A stretch of DNA of 64,000 nucleotides from a candidate division WOR-3 bacterium (GCA_030606335.1 JAUWGP010000001.1:30792-94791); one strand, 5' to 3'. Counted from the stretch's first letter, positions 37,394 through 48,496 are shown. Numbers and translations: made by a program. Notes: a model not told the origin generated them from the sequence alone.

Positions 37394-38308
37394 ATGGAAA
37401 AAATTTGCGATAACTTGACAGAGATTGATAAATCAATTGACGAATTACCTTCAGCTGATTCTCTAAATTCGAATAACGACTTCATGTCGAGTTTGGTTAA
37501 GATAAGTAATAGTATTCTGTATTTGCTTAAACTTACAGCCAGTTTGGCACCAGACGAAAAAAGAGCCCAACGTGGGTATATAAGAAATCAAGCAATACTA
37601 GTAGGTTTATTTGTCCGTTTAACAAAACTCTACGAATGTTTGTTAGACAGTATGTGCAAAAATTGGGGAGAGATTGCTCAAATATTTTCACGTCTAATAT
37701 TTGAAACGAGGATAAAACTAGAATATTTAATGCAGTCGGGTCCCTCTTCATATAGAAGTTTTGTTATTTCATCCCTTCTCGCAGAAAAAGAAATACTGGA
37801 AGATATAGAAGCCAAAAAGAAAAAAGGATCGTTATTACCTATCGAAATAAGAATGCTTCGAAGTGTAAAAAATTGTATTCGTGAAGCTCGAATGTCAAAA
37901 AAGGAACTTCTAGCAATAAAAGGACCGAATCTCGACGGAAAAAATTTTAGGCAGATACTAAAAGATCTTGGTCAAGAACAAAATTATATATATGCATTTA
38001 GGACGCCCAGTCATCTCATACATGGGGATTGGGTCGATTTGTTGTTTAACCATTTACAGAAAGAAGGAAGATTTTATCATCCTAAAATAGAGCATAATAC
38101 CGCAGATCCACGGTTAATTGGACCTATTTCAATATCAATTCTCGATTTTCTCTTTAAATATATCAAAAAACTTCGGCTTAATGGTGACCATGTTATTGTA
38201 AATATCGCGAAAAGGCTGCGTGAAAAATTATTTGAAATTGAAGGGGCTCATGAGAGCTTTTTGCAAAAAAACCGTTTCAGTCCACCTAAATCATGTAACT
38301 TGTTATAA
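37394..38308 (+). CDS. DUF5677-like (HEPN-related) protein
   Basis: SRLIFETRIKLEYL and AFRTPSHLIHGDW motifs, all-helical character. Confidence 0.6.
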   Translation: MEKICDNLTEIDKSIDELPSADSLNSNNDFMSSLVKISNSILYLLKLTASLAPDEKRAQRGYIRNQAILVGLFVRLTKLYECLLDSMCKNWGEIAQIFSRLIFETRIKLEYLMQSGPSSYRSFVISSLLAEKEILEDIEAKKKKGSLLPIEIRMLRSVKNCIREARMSKKELLAIKGPNLDGKNFRQILKDLGQEQNYIYAFRTPSHLIHGDWVDLLFNHLQKEGRFYHPKIEHNTADPRLIGPISISILDFLFKYIKKLRLNGDHVIVNIAKRLREKLFEIEGAHESFLQKNRFSPPKSCNLL

Positions 38309-38359
38309 TAACACAACATAAGCTTTATTAAACAATTTTTCTCAATTATCGTAAAAAAC

Positions 38360-38392
38360 AAAGGGACAAAACCTCAAATTCTGTCCCTTTTT
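38360..38392 (+). terminator. Hairpin/terminator after accessory island
   Basis: AAAGGGACA..TGTCCCTTTTT. Confidence 0.45.
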
Positions 38393-38520
38393 CTCAATTA
38401 TCTTTTTTCCCTGCAATCAACTGCAAGCTCTTATCTCTCTTATATCTTCTCCATTTATACCTTCCTTACCTCTTTTCTCAATTATTATAATAACTTATAT
38501 CCTCTTTGGAAGAAATTAGA

Positions 38521-38740
38521 AGACATCCTATAAAGATCAGGATGTTGGATATCAATTACTTTCATATTTAAATGCTTCTAAATTTCATACTGGGTTATTA
38601 GTTATCCGTTAGCTAACGGATTGGTAATAAAAGTTGTCAGGTAAAGAGATTTGTAAATTAATCTGAGTAATTTTTTCCTAACTAAAGGTGTTGTGTAGTT
38701 AATATCTGGGTAATCAGGTATAATGAACATTATACCAGGG
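38521..38740 (+). pseudogene. GxxExxY C-terminal remnant within a dispersed repeat (inverse copy of 3285-3572)
   Basis: YQLLSYLNASKFHTGLLV-[ATCCGTTAGCTAACGGAT]-GNKSCQVKRFVN*; shares GACATCCTATAAAGATCAGGATGT and CAGGTATAATGAACATTATACCAGG flanks. Confidence 0.75.
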
Positions 38741-38767
38741 GATTATATTGATAAACAGCCAAATAGC

Positions 38768-39832
38768 TTAGATTATTTCCATATTCTTTATTTGCTCAAG
38801 CACCTCTGAAACTGGAATGTCAAGGCAGACCTGTCTCTTACATCTCGGTATTCTGTACTTATAACAAGGGCTACAAGGAAGTTTTTTCCTTATTATCCTA
38901 ACATTGCCACTTGGTCTGTTCTTCACAGGGTCTGTGGGACCAAAGATTGCTACAACAGGAACGCCTACAGCAGATGCAATATGCATAAGACCCGTATCAC
39001 CTGTGAAAAAAAGTGAAAATTTGCTAATAAGGTCTATAGATTTGAGTATATCTTTTCCTATATACTTATAAACATCCCTATCTTCAGCTATTTCATCTAT
39101 TAGTTGCCTGTCTTCTTCTCCTCCGACAAGAATTACTGATACACCTGTCAAGGAGTCAATCAATTTACAGTATCTTCTCTTACCCCATGATTTAAAATCA
39201 CCACCTGGATGAATACCCAGTATCTTTCCTTTTATCTCTTTCTCTTGTAGGAATCTTTCTCCAAATCCCTTATGTCTATATAAACTATATTTACTTGATA
39301 CCTTGAGTGAGAATATCCGTTCGACAGTCTGTGAGTCCGCTTCTGTCTCGCTAATTCTCTGTGCAGGCTGGATTATATTGAAGAATATCCCCCTCTTTCC
39401 TCTATCATATCCGATACGATACTTGGTTCCTGATAGATATGAGATAAGGGACGTAAGAAAGGTGGGAGATGAGAAGTTTGTTAAAGTAATATCTGGATGT
39501 TCTCGATATAAACACCGTATTGTATCTAATAATCCAAATGGTAAATTTAATACCGGCATTAACACAACCTTAGTGGGGTATAGCAGCTTTCCAGCATCTG
39601 GATGCATTGCATACACCAATAAACTATTCCTATATTTATCCTGCAGTGTTCCTATTGCGGGAATAGCCATAACTGCATTTCCTATACCTCCCCAAAGTAG
39701 ATAGACAACTTTCCCTATAGAAGACGGAGTATCTTTCAACCCTCTAAAAGGATACAATAAAAACCCGATAATGGAAATTATCAGGCGGATAAAAAGACGG
39801 AATAGTAAAATCAAGATAGTAACTCCATACAT
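38768..39832 (-). CDS. Glycosyltransferase family 9 (LPS heptosyltransferase-like)
   Basis: GIGNAVM, GIHPGG..KSW, GDTGLMHIASAVGVPVVAIFGPT, CSPC. Confidence 0.9.
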   Translation of the reverse strand: MYGVTILILLFRLFIRLIISIIGFLLYPFRGLKDTPSSIGKVVYLLWGGIGNAVMAIPAIGTLQDKYRNSLLVYAMHPDAGKLLYPTKVVLMPVLNLPFGLLDTIRCLYREHPDITLTNFSSPTFLTSLISYLSGTKYRIGYDRGKRGIFFNIIQPAQRISETEADSQTVERIFSLKVSSKYSLYRHKGFGERFLQEKEIKGKILGIHPGGDFKSWGKRRYCKLIDSLTGVSVILVGGEEDRQLIDEIAEDRDVYKYIGKDILKSIDLISKFSLFFTGDTGLMHIASAVGVPVVAIFGPTDPVKNRPSGNVRIIRKKLPCSPCYKYRIPRCKRQVCLDIPVSEVLEQIKNMEII

Positions 39833-39905
39833 TAATTACAGAATGATGAATCAAAACATTACAATTCCGATTACAATCATGACATGGTAATTTTATAATG
39901 TGGTG

Positions 39906-40260
39906 TCATTGCGAGCGACTAACGGGAGCGTGGCAATCTCATTTTTATTCTTTATCCCCTCTGTAATGCGATTGCTTCGTCATCCGTCAACCGACGGACT
40001 CCTCGCAATGACAATTTTTAGTGTTTGTCATTGCGAGTCCTACCCTCTAAACATGAGGCACAAAATAAAAGTATATCCTAATAAAGTACATAGAGGGCAG
40101 GATGAAGCAATCTCATCCCTGGTATCAGTAGGAGGGACTTCCCAGTCCCGATATTATGGAGTGCCTACCAGCGGCGGTAGGCAGGCAATGATCATGCTCA
40201 TCCTGTAGAGGAATACTCTACGGGGTCATTGCATACCCCACCATGACGGGGTACTCCAAA
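39906..40260. repeat. Mosaic of REP/RPE-like palindromes with nested inserts
   Basis: GTCATTGCGAG units, GTAGGAGGGACTTCCCAGTCCCGAT, GCCTACC..GGTAGGC, CCTGTAGAG..CTCTACGGGG. Confidence 0.75.
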
Positions 40261-40273
40261 CCGATATGAGAAC

Positions 40274-42430
40274 TTAAGACTTATCTTTCTCCTTATACCC
40301 ACATTTTGGGCATACAAGAGCTTTTTTCCTCTTCTCCATTACACTACAACCACACTCAGGACAGGTCTTCTGGAAAGGTGGGTTCCATATGGAAAACTTA
40401 CATTTTGGGTAATTTTTACAGCCATAGAATGTTCTACCTCTCTTTGTCTTTCTCTCAATTATTTCGTTCCCACACTCAGGACAATTAATACCGGTTCCAA
40501 GAGGTTTTGTAAACTTACATTCAGGATATCCACTGCAGGCAATAAACCTGCCAAAGCGAGAATCTTTTATTACAAGCTCCTTGCCGCACTCAGGACATTT
40601 CTCTCCTATCTTTTTTTCCTGTTCCTTCTTAAGAGGTCTTGTGTTTTTACATTGCGGATATCCTGAACAAGCGAGGAATCTACCAAACCTTCCAATCTTT
40701 ACAACCATCTGCTTCCCACATTTATCACAAACCTCATCGGTAACCTCTTCAAGAGATTCTCTCGTCTTTACGGTATCAAATTTAGCGATACTTTTAGAAA
40801 ACTTTACATTGAAGTTAGAAAGAAGTTCTGTTTTCCCCATATCCTTTGCTTCTACTCGATCAAGCTGCTCCTCCATACTCTGAGTGAATTTTACATTAAA
40901 TAGTTCCTGGAAATTTTTTATAAGAACGCTGTTTACCATAATACCGAGCTCTGTAGGTATAAGTTTACCCTTATCCTTTATCACATATTCCCTCTGTAAT
41001 AATGTCCATATTATAGGTGCATAGGTTGATGGTCTTCCTATCCCCTTGGTCTCAAGCTCCTTAACCATACTACCCTCAGTGTATCTGGGTTTTGATTTCG
41101 TGAATTCTTGTTGCATATCAGGCTTTTTAACTAAAGATAATTCCTCTCCCTTCTTCAGCTCGGGTATTATCTCACATTCTTTCTCCTTAATTCCTGCTAC
41201 AAGAAGAAAACCTGGAAAATCCAGTATCTCTGAGGTTGCCTCAAATTCATACTGCCCTGACTCTATAATCGCCTTCCTCGTATTGTATCTTGCCGGAGCA
41301 GACTGAGAAGCAAGAAATCTCTTCCATATCATATTGTAGATTTTATATTGATCGCCTGTCAGATAACGTCTGATCTTTGATGGAACCATTTTCAAAGATG
41401 TAGGTCTTATCGCCTCATGTGCTCCCTGTGCACCCTTTTTTTCTTTATATATATTTGGCTTTGTTGGTATATAGGCTTTACCATACATATCTTTTATAAA
41501 TTCCCTTGCTTCTTTAACCTTATCCTTTGCAATTCTCACAGAATCTGTCCTCATATATGTTATCAAACCAACAGCCTTGCCTTCAACTTCTATACCCTCA
41601 AATAACTGCTGTGCTATCTTCATTGTTCTGGATGCACTCATATTAAGATTTGCTGACGCCTCCTGCTGAATGGTGCTCGTAATGTATGGAGGTTTAGGTC
41701 TGAGCAGTTTTATACCACTCTTGAAACTACTCACGATGAAATTATGTCTGGTTATTTCATTTACAACTTTTGTTGCCTCTTGTTTCGTTTTGGGTTTAAC
41801 CTTGACTAATTTAGCATTAAATTCTTCTTTTGTTTCCTTTTTTCTCAGTCTAACTATTATATTCCAATACTCTTGAGGAACAAAATTCCTTATTTCCTCC
41901 TCTCTTTCACAAATAATCCTCAGAGCAACTGACTGCACTCTGCCTGCTGAGAGGGTCCTTTTTTTAAATACCTTCCAGAGAAGGGGTGAGATTTTATAAC
42001 CAACAAGCCTGTCAAGTATTCTCCTTGCTATTTGTGCATCCACCTTCGACATATCTATCTTTCCAGGATTTCTAAGTGCTTCTATCACCTTCTTTTCTGT
42101 AATCTCATAAAAGAGAACCCTTTCCACCTCATTGTCTATAACATTCTGGATATGATATGCGATCGCCTCACCTTCTCTATCAGGGTCAGTAGCAAGTATC
42201 ACCTTTCCACTCTTACCGGATGCCTTTTTGAGTGAATCTATTATTTTCTCTTTCCCTTTTATCGGAACATACTCGGGATAAAAGTTTTTCTTGATATCAA
42301 CACCAAGTTTATTTGCAGGAAGGTCCATTATATGACCCTTGGTTGATATTAACTTATACCTATCTTTGAGGTATCGTTCAATAGTGCGTGCCTTTGTAGG
42401 CGATTCCACTATGATTAAATTTTTTGCCAT
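40274..42430 (-). CDS. topA: DNA topoisomerase I
   Basis: IVESPTK, ATDPDREGE, SAGRVQS, catalytic ITYMRTD, C-terminal Zn ribbons. Confidence 0.97.
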   Translation of the reverse strand: MAKNLIIVESPTKARTIERYLKDRYKLISTKGHIMDLPANKLGVDIKKNFYPEYVPIKGKEKIIDSLKKASGKSGKVILATDPDREGEAIAYHIQNVIDNEVERVLFYEITEKKVIEALRNPGKIDMSKVDAQIARRILDRLVGYKISPLLWKVFKKRTLSAGRVQSVALRIICEREEEIRNFVPQEYWNIIVRLRKKETKEEFNAKLVKVKPKTKQEATKVVNEITRHNFIVSSFKSGIKLLRPKPPYITSTIQQEASANLNMSASRTMKIAQQLFEGIEVEGKAVGLITYMRTDSVRIAKDKVKEAREFIKDMYGKAYIPTKPNIYKEKKGAQGAHEAIRPTSLKMVPSKIRRYLTGDQYKIYNMIWKRFLASQSAPARYNTRKAIIESGQYEFEATSEILDFPGFLLVAGIKEKECEIIPELKKGEELSLVKKPDMQQEFTKSKPRYTEGSMVKELETKGIGRPSTYAPIIWTLLQREYVIKDKGKLIPTELGIMVNSVLIKNFQELFNVKFTQSMEEQLDRVEAKDMGKTELLSNFNVKFSKSIAKFDTVKTRESLEEVTDEVCDKCGKQMVVKIGRFGRFLACSGYPQCKNTRPLKKEQEKKIGEKCPECGKELVIKDSRFGRFIACSGYPECKFTKPLGTGINCPECGNEIIERKTKRGRTFYGCKNYPKCKFSIWNPPFQKTCPECGCSVMEKRKKALVCPKCGYKEKDKS

Positions 42431-42439
42431 ACCTTAACA

Positions 42440-42790
42440 ATTGATGATTTTCGATTGAAGATTGACGATTGCATTCCAATTTATTTTCCTCAATAGTCAA
42501 TATTCAATTATTACTATTTCTCCCTCTTCCCCTCAATTTTACATTGCTAATTGCTAATTTTGCATTGATAATTGACTTCAACTTCCCTCTTCAGTCTTTC
42601 ATTATCGTCCGTCAAACGACGGACTCCTACTTTTAATTTACTATTTTCAATTGTCGATTTACGATTGCATTCCAATATCATTTAACCTAATCAACCAATT
42701 AACTTTTCAACTAATCAACTATTATCTCGTTTCACATTTAACATCTCACATTTAACATCTCACATTTAACATTTAACATCCAACACTAAA
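42440..42790. repeat. Stack of short-period degenerate repeats plus a GTAG-REP
   Basis: GATTGAC/GATTTTC, TTGCTAA, CAACTAAT and TTTAACATCTCACA periodic tracts; REP at 42601-42630. Confidence 0.7.
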
Positions 42791-42797
42791 CATTCTC

Positions 42798-43562
42798 TCA
42801 CCAAACAAGACTCCCTTTACCATAATGTCCTGCGTTTTCTATACAGTTTGATACAAATCTTTTAGCCTTCTCTATTGATGATAAAAGGTTATTGCCTAAT
42901 GCAAGATATGAGACTATTGCCGATGCATAGCAACATCCTGCGCCGTGTACCTGCACATCTAATCTTTCACCAGAGAAGTGTCTTACTCTTTCACCATCAA
43001 ATAGGACATCAACAGCCTTTTTCTCAACAAGGTGTCCGCCCTTTATCAAAACAGGTTTTTTACAGAATCTAAATATTTTCTTCGCTGCCTTTTCAGCATC
43101 CTCAATCCCATCTATCTCTATACCTGATAACAATGAAGCCTCCATCCTATTTGGTGTAGAAATGGTAGCGATGGGAAAAAGACTCTCAAGCATTTCAGAG
43201 ACAGCACCATTCTCAAGGAGAGAGTAACCTGTTCCTGAGACCATAACTGGGTCGACAACGATATAATCTGGTTTATGAAATTTTAATCTCTCCACTACTG
43301 TAAGAATTATAGATTTATCATAGAGTATACCCGTCTTTACTGCCGAGACTTTCAAGTCATCAAACACTGTATCGATCTGTTCTTTTATGAAAGATGTCGG
43401 AATAGGAAGGATATTTCTTATACCCATGGTATTCTGTGCAGTAAGGGCAGTCAGGCAGGATGCACCATAAACACCAATCGATTCAAAAGTCTTTATATCT
43501 CTTTGGACGCCAGCCCCTCCAGAAGAATCGGAACCAGCGATGGTCAAAACCACAGGATGCAT
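42798..43562 (-). CDS. thiD: Hydroxymethylpyrimidine/phosphomethylpyrimidine kinase
   Basis: [35 protein letters not shown]. Confidence 0.95.
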   Translation of the reverse strand: MHPVVLTIAGSDSSGGAGVQRDIKTFESIGVYGASCLTALTAQNTMGIRNILPIPTSFIKEQIDTVFDDLKVSAVKTGILYDKSIILTVVERLKFHKPDYIVVDPVMVSGTGYSLLENGAVSEMLESLFPIATISTPNRMEASLLSGIEIDGIEDAEKAAKKIFRFCKKPVLIKGGHLVEKKAVDVLFDGERVRHFSGERLDVQVHGAGCCYASAIVSYLALGNNLLSSIEKAKRFVSNCIENAGHYGKGSLVW

Positions 43563-43722
43563 AAGTAGATAGTAAGGCGTAAATTGTAATTGGTTATAAA
43601 AGCATATCAGAATACCAGAGAATCAGAAGGCAGATTACCAGAGTATCAGAACCTGATGTACTGATTGACTGATACCCTTCCAACTGATATTCTGATTGGC
43701 TGATATACAAAAGGATAGGTCA

Positions 43723-44634
43723 TTATTCTATACTTACTGTAATATGGTGTGAATTACCGAGGTCGTATTCAAATGGAAGATATGCATAATCGAATGTATA
43801 GTTGCTATAATTAATTCCAAAGCCAAATGAGGCATCTTTTGAATCAAATCCAAATCTTTTACCCATTCTAAGAGTTATATATGAATTTAGTGAATACTCC
43901 ACACCAAAGCTTGATGTAAGAACCTCATCAAGTGCCTTTCTAAAAGAAGCCGAAAACCCGAATTTCTTAATCTCATAACCGCTGCTGAAGTTGAATGTTA
44001 GAGGAAGTCTTATAGGAGTCGAACCATCTATATTATAACTTGGTCGAGGTCCTATATTCGTAGCAACAAAGGAAACATAAAGGTTATTAATAGGAACGTA
44101 ATTAAACCCTAAGTCCACTGCATATCCCTTAAGGCTGTAAACATAACATCTCTCGTAAATATATTTATATGTTCCCCCAAGCCAAACCTCACCCATCTTT
44201 CTTGCATAAGATAAATAAGAGACCAGACTAAAAGGAGAATAGTCTCCATATAAAGCCTGTCTCGAATCTCTTAACTCGATATCGCCTGCTGAGAAATAAA
44301 TAGAACCAACACCAAAGCCATGTTTACCATCACCCCATACTACTCCTGCAAACTCATATCTTGTACCTATAACCTGTGATGTATGAGAGAACGTAGCGCT
44401 AAGACCTGATACCAGTGGAATCTGAGAAGGATTCCAGAAGAGCAAAGTGGCGTCCCTTGATAGAATACCACCTCCAAGTGCAAGGTTTCTGGCACCCACT
44501 TCAAGTTTCAGTAATGGTAAACCTACACCGTCACTCTTCGATTTAAAAAATTCCTTTATGTCATTTATAATACCTGCCTGACTTACACCACAAAAGAGAA
44601 TAACAATAACCGCTAATAATCTTAAATAACGCAT
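43723..44634 (-). CDS. PorV/PorQ-family outer-membrane beta-barrel
   Basis: GARNLALGG, LFWNPS, VDLG, FDYAY..LGNSHHITV. Confidence 0.8.
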   Translation of the reverse strand: MRYLRLLAVIVILFCGVSQAGIINDIKEFFKSKSDGVGLPLLKLEVGARNLALGGGILSRDATLLFWNPSQIPLVSGLSATFSHTSQVIGTRYEFAGVVWGDGKHGFGVGSIYFSAGDIELRDSRQALYGDYSPFSLVSYLSYARKMGEVWLGGTYKYIYERCYVYSLKGYAVDLGFNYVPINNLYVSFVATNIGPRPSYNIDGSTPIRLPLTFNFSSGYEIKKFGFSASFRKALDEVLTSSFGVEYSLNSYITLRMGKRFGFDSKDASFGFGINYSNYTFDYAYLPFEYDLGNSHHITVSIE

Positions 44635-44643
44635 ATATACCCC

Positions 44644-45627
44644 TTAAATAAAATGTTTAATTAACTTCTCAATCACAACATCTGTGGTAATGTTCTCTGC
44701 CTCTGCAGCAAAGTTCAATATGAGTCTATGCCGTAATACTGGTTTTAATACGGAATTAACATCCGACATTGATGGCGTGGTTCTTCCGTCCAGTAGTGCC
44801 TTTGCCTTTGCTCCTAATACAACATATTGAGATGCCCTTGGAGAGGCTCCCCATGTAACCCACTCTTTTATAAACTTTGGTTTTTCCGAATTATTAGAGG
44901 GTCTTGTAAGACCAATTAATTTTACAACATCACTCACCAGACTATTAGATACCGGAACTCTACGAACAAGATTTTGTAGCTCGAGTATCTCATTCCTACC
45001 AATAACTGAATTAATCTCATTCACGTAAGCACTGGTTGTTGTCTCAACAATCCTAACCTCTTCATCTGGTTCTGGATAATCTATCACTACCTCGAACATA
45101 AATCTATCGAGCTGTGCCTCAGGAAGTGGATATGTTCCTTCTTGCTCAATCGGGTTTCTGGTCGCAAGAACAAAGAACGGTTGCTCAAGCTGAAACGTAT
45201 GTCCTCCTGCGGTAACTTTGAACTCCTGCATTGCCTGCAGAAGAGCTGCCTGGGTCTTCGGAGGTGTTCTGTTGATTTCATCAGCCAGGATCATATTAGC
45301 AAATATAGGACCCTTCAAAAATCTGAATTCTCTTTTTCCAGTTTTCCTCTCCTCCTCCAGTATCTCTGTCCCTGTTATATCCGAGGGCATAAGATCTGGA
45401 GTAAATTGTATCCTCTGAAAAGAAAGAGAAAGTGTTCTTGAAAGCGTATTTATTATAAGAGTTTTAGCAAGTCCTGGTACACCAAGAAGGAGTGAATGCC
45501 CTCCTGCAAGAAGTGAGATAAGTATCTGCTCTATCACCTTATCCTGTCCTATGATGACCTTATGCAGCTCTTTCAGGATTTTTTCCTTTGCAGTTCCCAG
45601 TTTCTCTATGCTCTCAACATCACTCAT
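44644..45627 (-). CDS. MoxR-family AAA+ ATPase
   Basis: GVPGLAKT, RIQFTPDLMPSD, DEINR, NPIEQEGTYPLPEAQLDRF. Confidence 0.95.
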   Translation of the reverse strand: MSDVESIEKLGTAKEKILKELHKVIIGQDKVIEQILISLLAGGHSLLLGVPGLAKTLIINTLSRTLSLSFQRIQFTPDLMPSDITGTEILEEERKTGKREFRFLKGPIFANMILADEINRTPPKTQAALLQAMQEFKVTAGGHTFQLEQPFFVLATRNPIEQEGTYPLPEAQLDRFMFEVVIDYPEPDEEVRIVETTTSAYVNEINSVIGRNEILELQNLVRRVPVSNSLVSDVVKLIGLTRPSNNSEKPKFIKEWVTWGASPRASQYVVLGAKAKALLDGRTTPSMSDVNSVLKPVLRHRLILNFAAEAENITTDVVIEKLIKHFI

Positions 45628-45759
45628 CTATCCCCCGTGATATTGTGACAATAATATGTTCTGATTTAAAAAAATATACTTCTCTCTTAAAATCTCTTTC
45701 CTGCCTACCGGCAGGCAGGCAATCCCTGTATAAACAATATCTTTTCTTTTCGAAAAAAC

Positions 45760-45788
45760 ATTATATACCAATTTTCAGGAAATGTCAA
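45760..45788 (-). promoter_or_regulatory. Sigma70-type promoter for moxR operon
   Basis: TTGACA-N17-TATAAT. Confidence 0.65.
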
Positions 45789-45851
45789 GGAAAAAGTATT
45801 AGGGGAAAATCTATTACCTTTCTTTATATCCTTTTTGGTCTCATTTTTTTC

Positions 45852-45880
45852 TTGACTTTTTGTAAATTTTATGTTAAACT
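45852..45880 (+). promoter_or_regulatory. Sigma70-type promoter for rpsG operon
   Basis: TTGACT-N17-TAAACT with TG extension. Confidence 0.55.
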
Positions 45881-46063
45881 AATATGCAAAAAAATCGAAT
45901 ATCATTATAAATTTTAAATGAATAAACATTCACAGATATCCTTTAAAAAATAGGGGTACCTGAGTGGATTGTTATATATTTTAGTAATAAAATCTTCAGA
46001 TAGAGAAATATACATCTTAATCTGAGTAATCAGGTATAATGAATATTATACCAGGAGGTTTTC

Positions 46064-46534
46064 ATGCCAAGAAGAAAGAGACCTGAGAAAAGAAACATAC
46101 CACCCGAATGCAAGTATAATAGTGTTCTAGCACATAAATTTATTAACTGTCTTATGAAGGATGGCAAAAAAAGTATTGCTCAACGTATATTTTATAATAC
46201 ACTTGACATAATTGAGAAGAAAGCAAACAAACCAGGAATCGATATATTCAACCAGGCACTTGAAAACGTCAAACCCATGGTCGAGGTTAAACCAAGAAGG
46301 GTCGGTGGTGCTACATATCAGGTTCCAATGGAGGTTAGAAAGGGAAGACAAATGTCGCTCGCTATAAGATGGATTCTTGATGCTGCAACATCAACTTCTG
46401 GCAAACCCATGCGTGAGAGATTAGCAGATGAACTCATAGCTGCTTCCAAAAGAGAAGGAAATGCAATAAAGAAAAAAGATGACACACATCGTATGGCAGA
46501 AGCAAACCGTGTCTTTGCACAATTTAAGTGGTAA
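46064..46534 (+). CDS. rpsG: 30S ribosomal protein S7
   Basis: MPRR.., GKKS, RRVGGATYQVP, HRMAEANR. Confidence 0.97.
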   Translation: MPRRKRPEKRNIPPECKYNSVLAHKFINCLMKDGKKSIAQRIFYNTLDIIEKKANKPGIDIFNQALENVKPMVEVKPRRVGGATYQVPMEVRKGRQMSLAIRWILDAATSTSGKPMRERLADELIAASKREGNAIKKKDDTHRMAEANRVFAQFKW

Positions 46535-46584
46535 TTTGGAATAAATTAATGCTCTTTTAAATGAAGTATCTCTGGTGATTAAAT

Positions 46585-47253
46585 ATGGTTCCAGTAATTG
46601 AGGCATGTTCATTGTATAAGAGATTTAAAGAGGATTCGGGAGAACTTGAAGTACTAAAAGACGTCTCCCTATCTGTAGAGAAGGGAGAAATCGTTGTAAT
46701 TGTCGGTCCGTCGGGTTCTGGCAAATCAACTCTTTTATACATTCTTGGAGGACTCCTGCGACCATCGAGTGGCAATGTCTTGCTTGAGGGTGGAAGTCTA
46801 TTTAGGTACAAAGAAATAAAACTTGCGACTATCAGGAACAAAAAAATTGGTTTTATATTTCAGTTTCATCACCTTTTACCTGAGTTTACTGTACTTGAGA
46901 ATGTAGCAATGCCTCTTTGGATAGATGGAAAGAACAATATAGAGAAGGCTAAAGAGATTCTTGAATTGACATCAGTTGAGCATAAGAAGAATTACTTACC
47001 CTCAAGACTCTCAGGGGGAGAAAGGCAGCGCGTCGCAGTAGCGAGGGCACTGGCTAATGACCCTTCTGTTGTCCTTGCAGATGAACCCTCTGGTAATCTG
47101 GATCGAGAGTTATCATTGTCTCTTCATAATCTAATTAGGAAGATCGCTTTAGAGACTAAAAGAACATTTGTTATAGTCACCCATAAAGATTCTATGAGGG
47201 CTATTGCAGACCGAGTATTTACATTAACAAACGGTAAGCTTATTAGGCAATGA
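46585..47253 (+). CDS. lolD: ABC transporter ATP-binding protein, LolD-like
   Basis: [42 protein letters not shown]. Confidence 0.8.
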   Translation: MVPVIEACSLYKRFKEDSGELEVLKDVSLSVEKGEIVVIVGPSGSGKSTLLYILGGLLRPSSGNVLLEGGSLFRYKEIKLATIRNKKIGFIFQFHHLLPEFTVLENVAMPLWIDGKNNIEKAKEILELTSVEHKKNYLPSRLSGGERQRVAVARALANDPSVVLADEPSGNLDRELSLSLHNLIRKIALETKRTFVIVTHKDSMRAIADRVFTLTNGKLIRQ

Positions 47254-47308
47254 AAGGGCAGTACAGACTTATCTACTGTTAGAAACTTTCAAGATAAGGA
47301 AGTAAAAC

Positions 47309-48076
47309 ATGAGGAAACCTCTGATTGCAGGAAACTGGAAGATGAATATGGGAGGGAGTGATTCGAAAGAACTCTCCCGAAGTATCAGAAATGCTCTGGA
47401 CGATTACACTGATATTGATATTTTGTTGTGTCCTCCCTATACTGCTATTACTCATGTTTATGAAATAATAAAAAATACTTCAATAATACTTGGAGCACAA
47501 AACTGTTTTTATGAGTCGAAAGGTGCCTTTACCGGAGAGATATCTCCTCTATTTCTCCTCGATATTGGTTGTAAGTATGTAATATTGGGACATTCTGAAA
47601 GAAGATATTATTTTGAGGAAACAGCGGATTTGATAGGTAAAAAGATGATATGTTCATTAGATTCTGGTCTTAATATTATTCTATGTGTGGGTGAAAAACT
47701 TGAGGAAAGGGAGAATGGAGAGGCATTTGAAATTGTAAAATTACAATTGGAAGGGAGTTTTAGAAACTTACCAGAAGATTATCTTAAAAAAATTACAGTT
47801 GCTTATGAGCCTGTATGGGCTATTGGTACAGGTAAAACCTGTGAGCCGAATATGGCTGAAGAGATGCACCATTTTATAAGAAGTTGGTTCAAGGTAAAAT
47901 TCGGTGATATTATAAGCAATAATCTGAGAATACTTTATGGTGGAAGTATCAAGCCAGAGAACATCTCATCACTTATAGTAAAAGAAGACATTGATGGGGG
48001 GCTCATAGGAGGAGCAAGCTTAAATGTAGATTCTTTCATCCAGATAATTAAAAATACTATTAAAGCAGTACATTAA
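47309..48076 (+). CDS. tpiA: Triosephosphate isomerase
   Basis: AGNWKMN, GHSERR, AYEPVWAIGTG, YGGS, GGASL. Confidence 0.98.
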   Translation: MRKPLIAGNWKMNMGGSDSKELSRSIRNALDDYTDIDILLCPPYTAITHVYEIIKNTSIILGAQNCFYESKGAFTGEISPLFLLDIGCKYVILGHSERRYYFEETADLIGKKMICSLDSGLNIILCVGEKLEERENGEAFEIVKLQLEGSFRNLPEDYLKKITVAYEPVWAIGTGKTCEPNMAEEMHHFIRSWFKVKFGDIISNNLRILYGGSIKPENISSLIVKEDIDGGLIGGASLNVDSFIQIIKNTIKAVH

Positions 48077-48113
48077 TTAATTGATTTAGATTGACTTTAT
48101 TGACGGGGGTTAT

Positions 48114-48449
48114 ATGCGTGCTTTGTTACTTTCTATTCATACTATATGTAGTGTCTTTCTATTAGTTGTAGTACTTCTACAACCATCCAAGAGTGGCGGA
48201 CTCTCGGGTATGTTTGGAGGAGGAGGAACATCATTCTTTGGGGGAAGGGGAGCAGCACCATTCCTCACAAAGATAACTGTTGTTCTTGCCACTATATTCA
48301 TAGTAACATCAGTTATTCTTACATCAATATCGAGTATCACAGCTCCAACTTCTGCAATAGAGAGGGCAATGGAGAGAGGCGAGCTTGGCACCACAGGATG
48401 GCCTATGCCCTCAACTGGCAGTGTAATAATGGACACAATCGAAAAGTAA
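48114..48449 (+). CDS. secG: Preprotein translocase subunit SecG
   Basis: VLLQPSKSGGLSGMFGGG between two TM helices; tpiA-secG synteny. Confidence 0.93.
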   Translation: MRALLLSIHTICSVFLLVVVLLQPSKSGGLSGMFGGGGTSFFGGRGAAPFLTKITVVLATIFIVTSVILTSISSITAPTSAIERAMERGELGTTGWPMPSTGSVIMDTIEK

Positions 48450-48496
48450 ATATTTTACCATTTCTTGTGAAATAGAAAAAATTATTCGGAGGGAGT

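Noticed and set aside
34898-38308. Intact prophage or ICE
   Set aside because: No integrase, replication, structural or conjugation genes
42440-42790. CRISPR array in the periodic intergenic repeats or REP clusters
   Set aside because: Units are 7-14 bp and degenerate, or dispersed; no constant repeat with unique spacers and no cas genes
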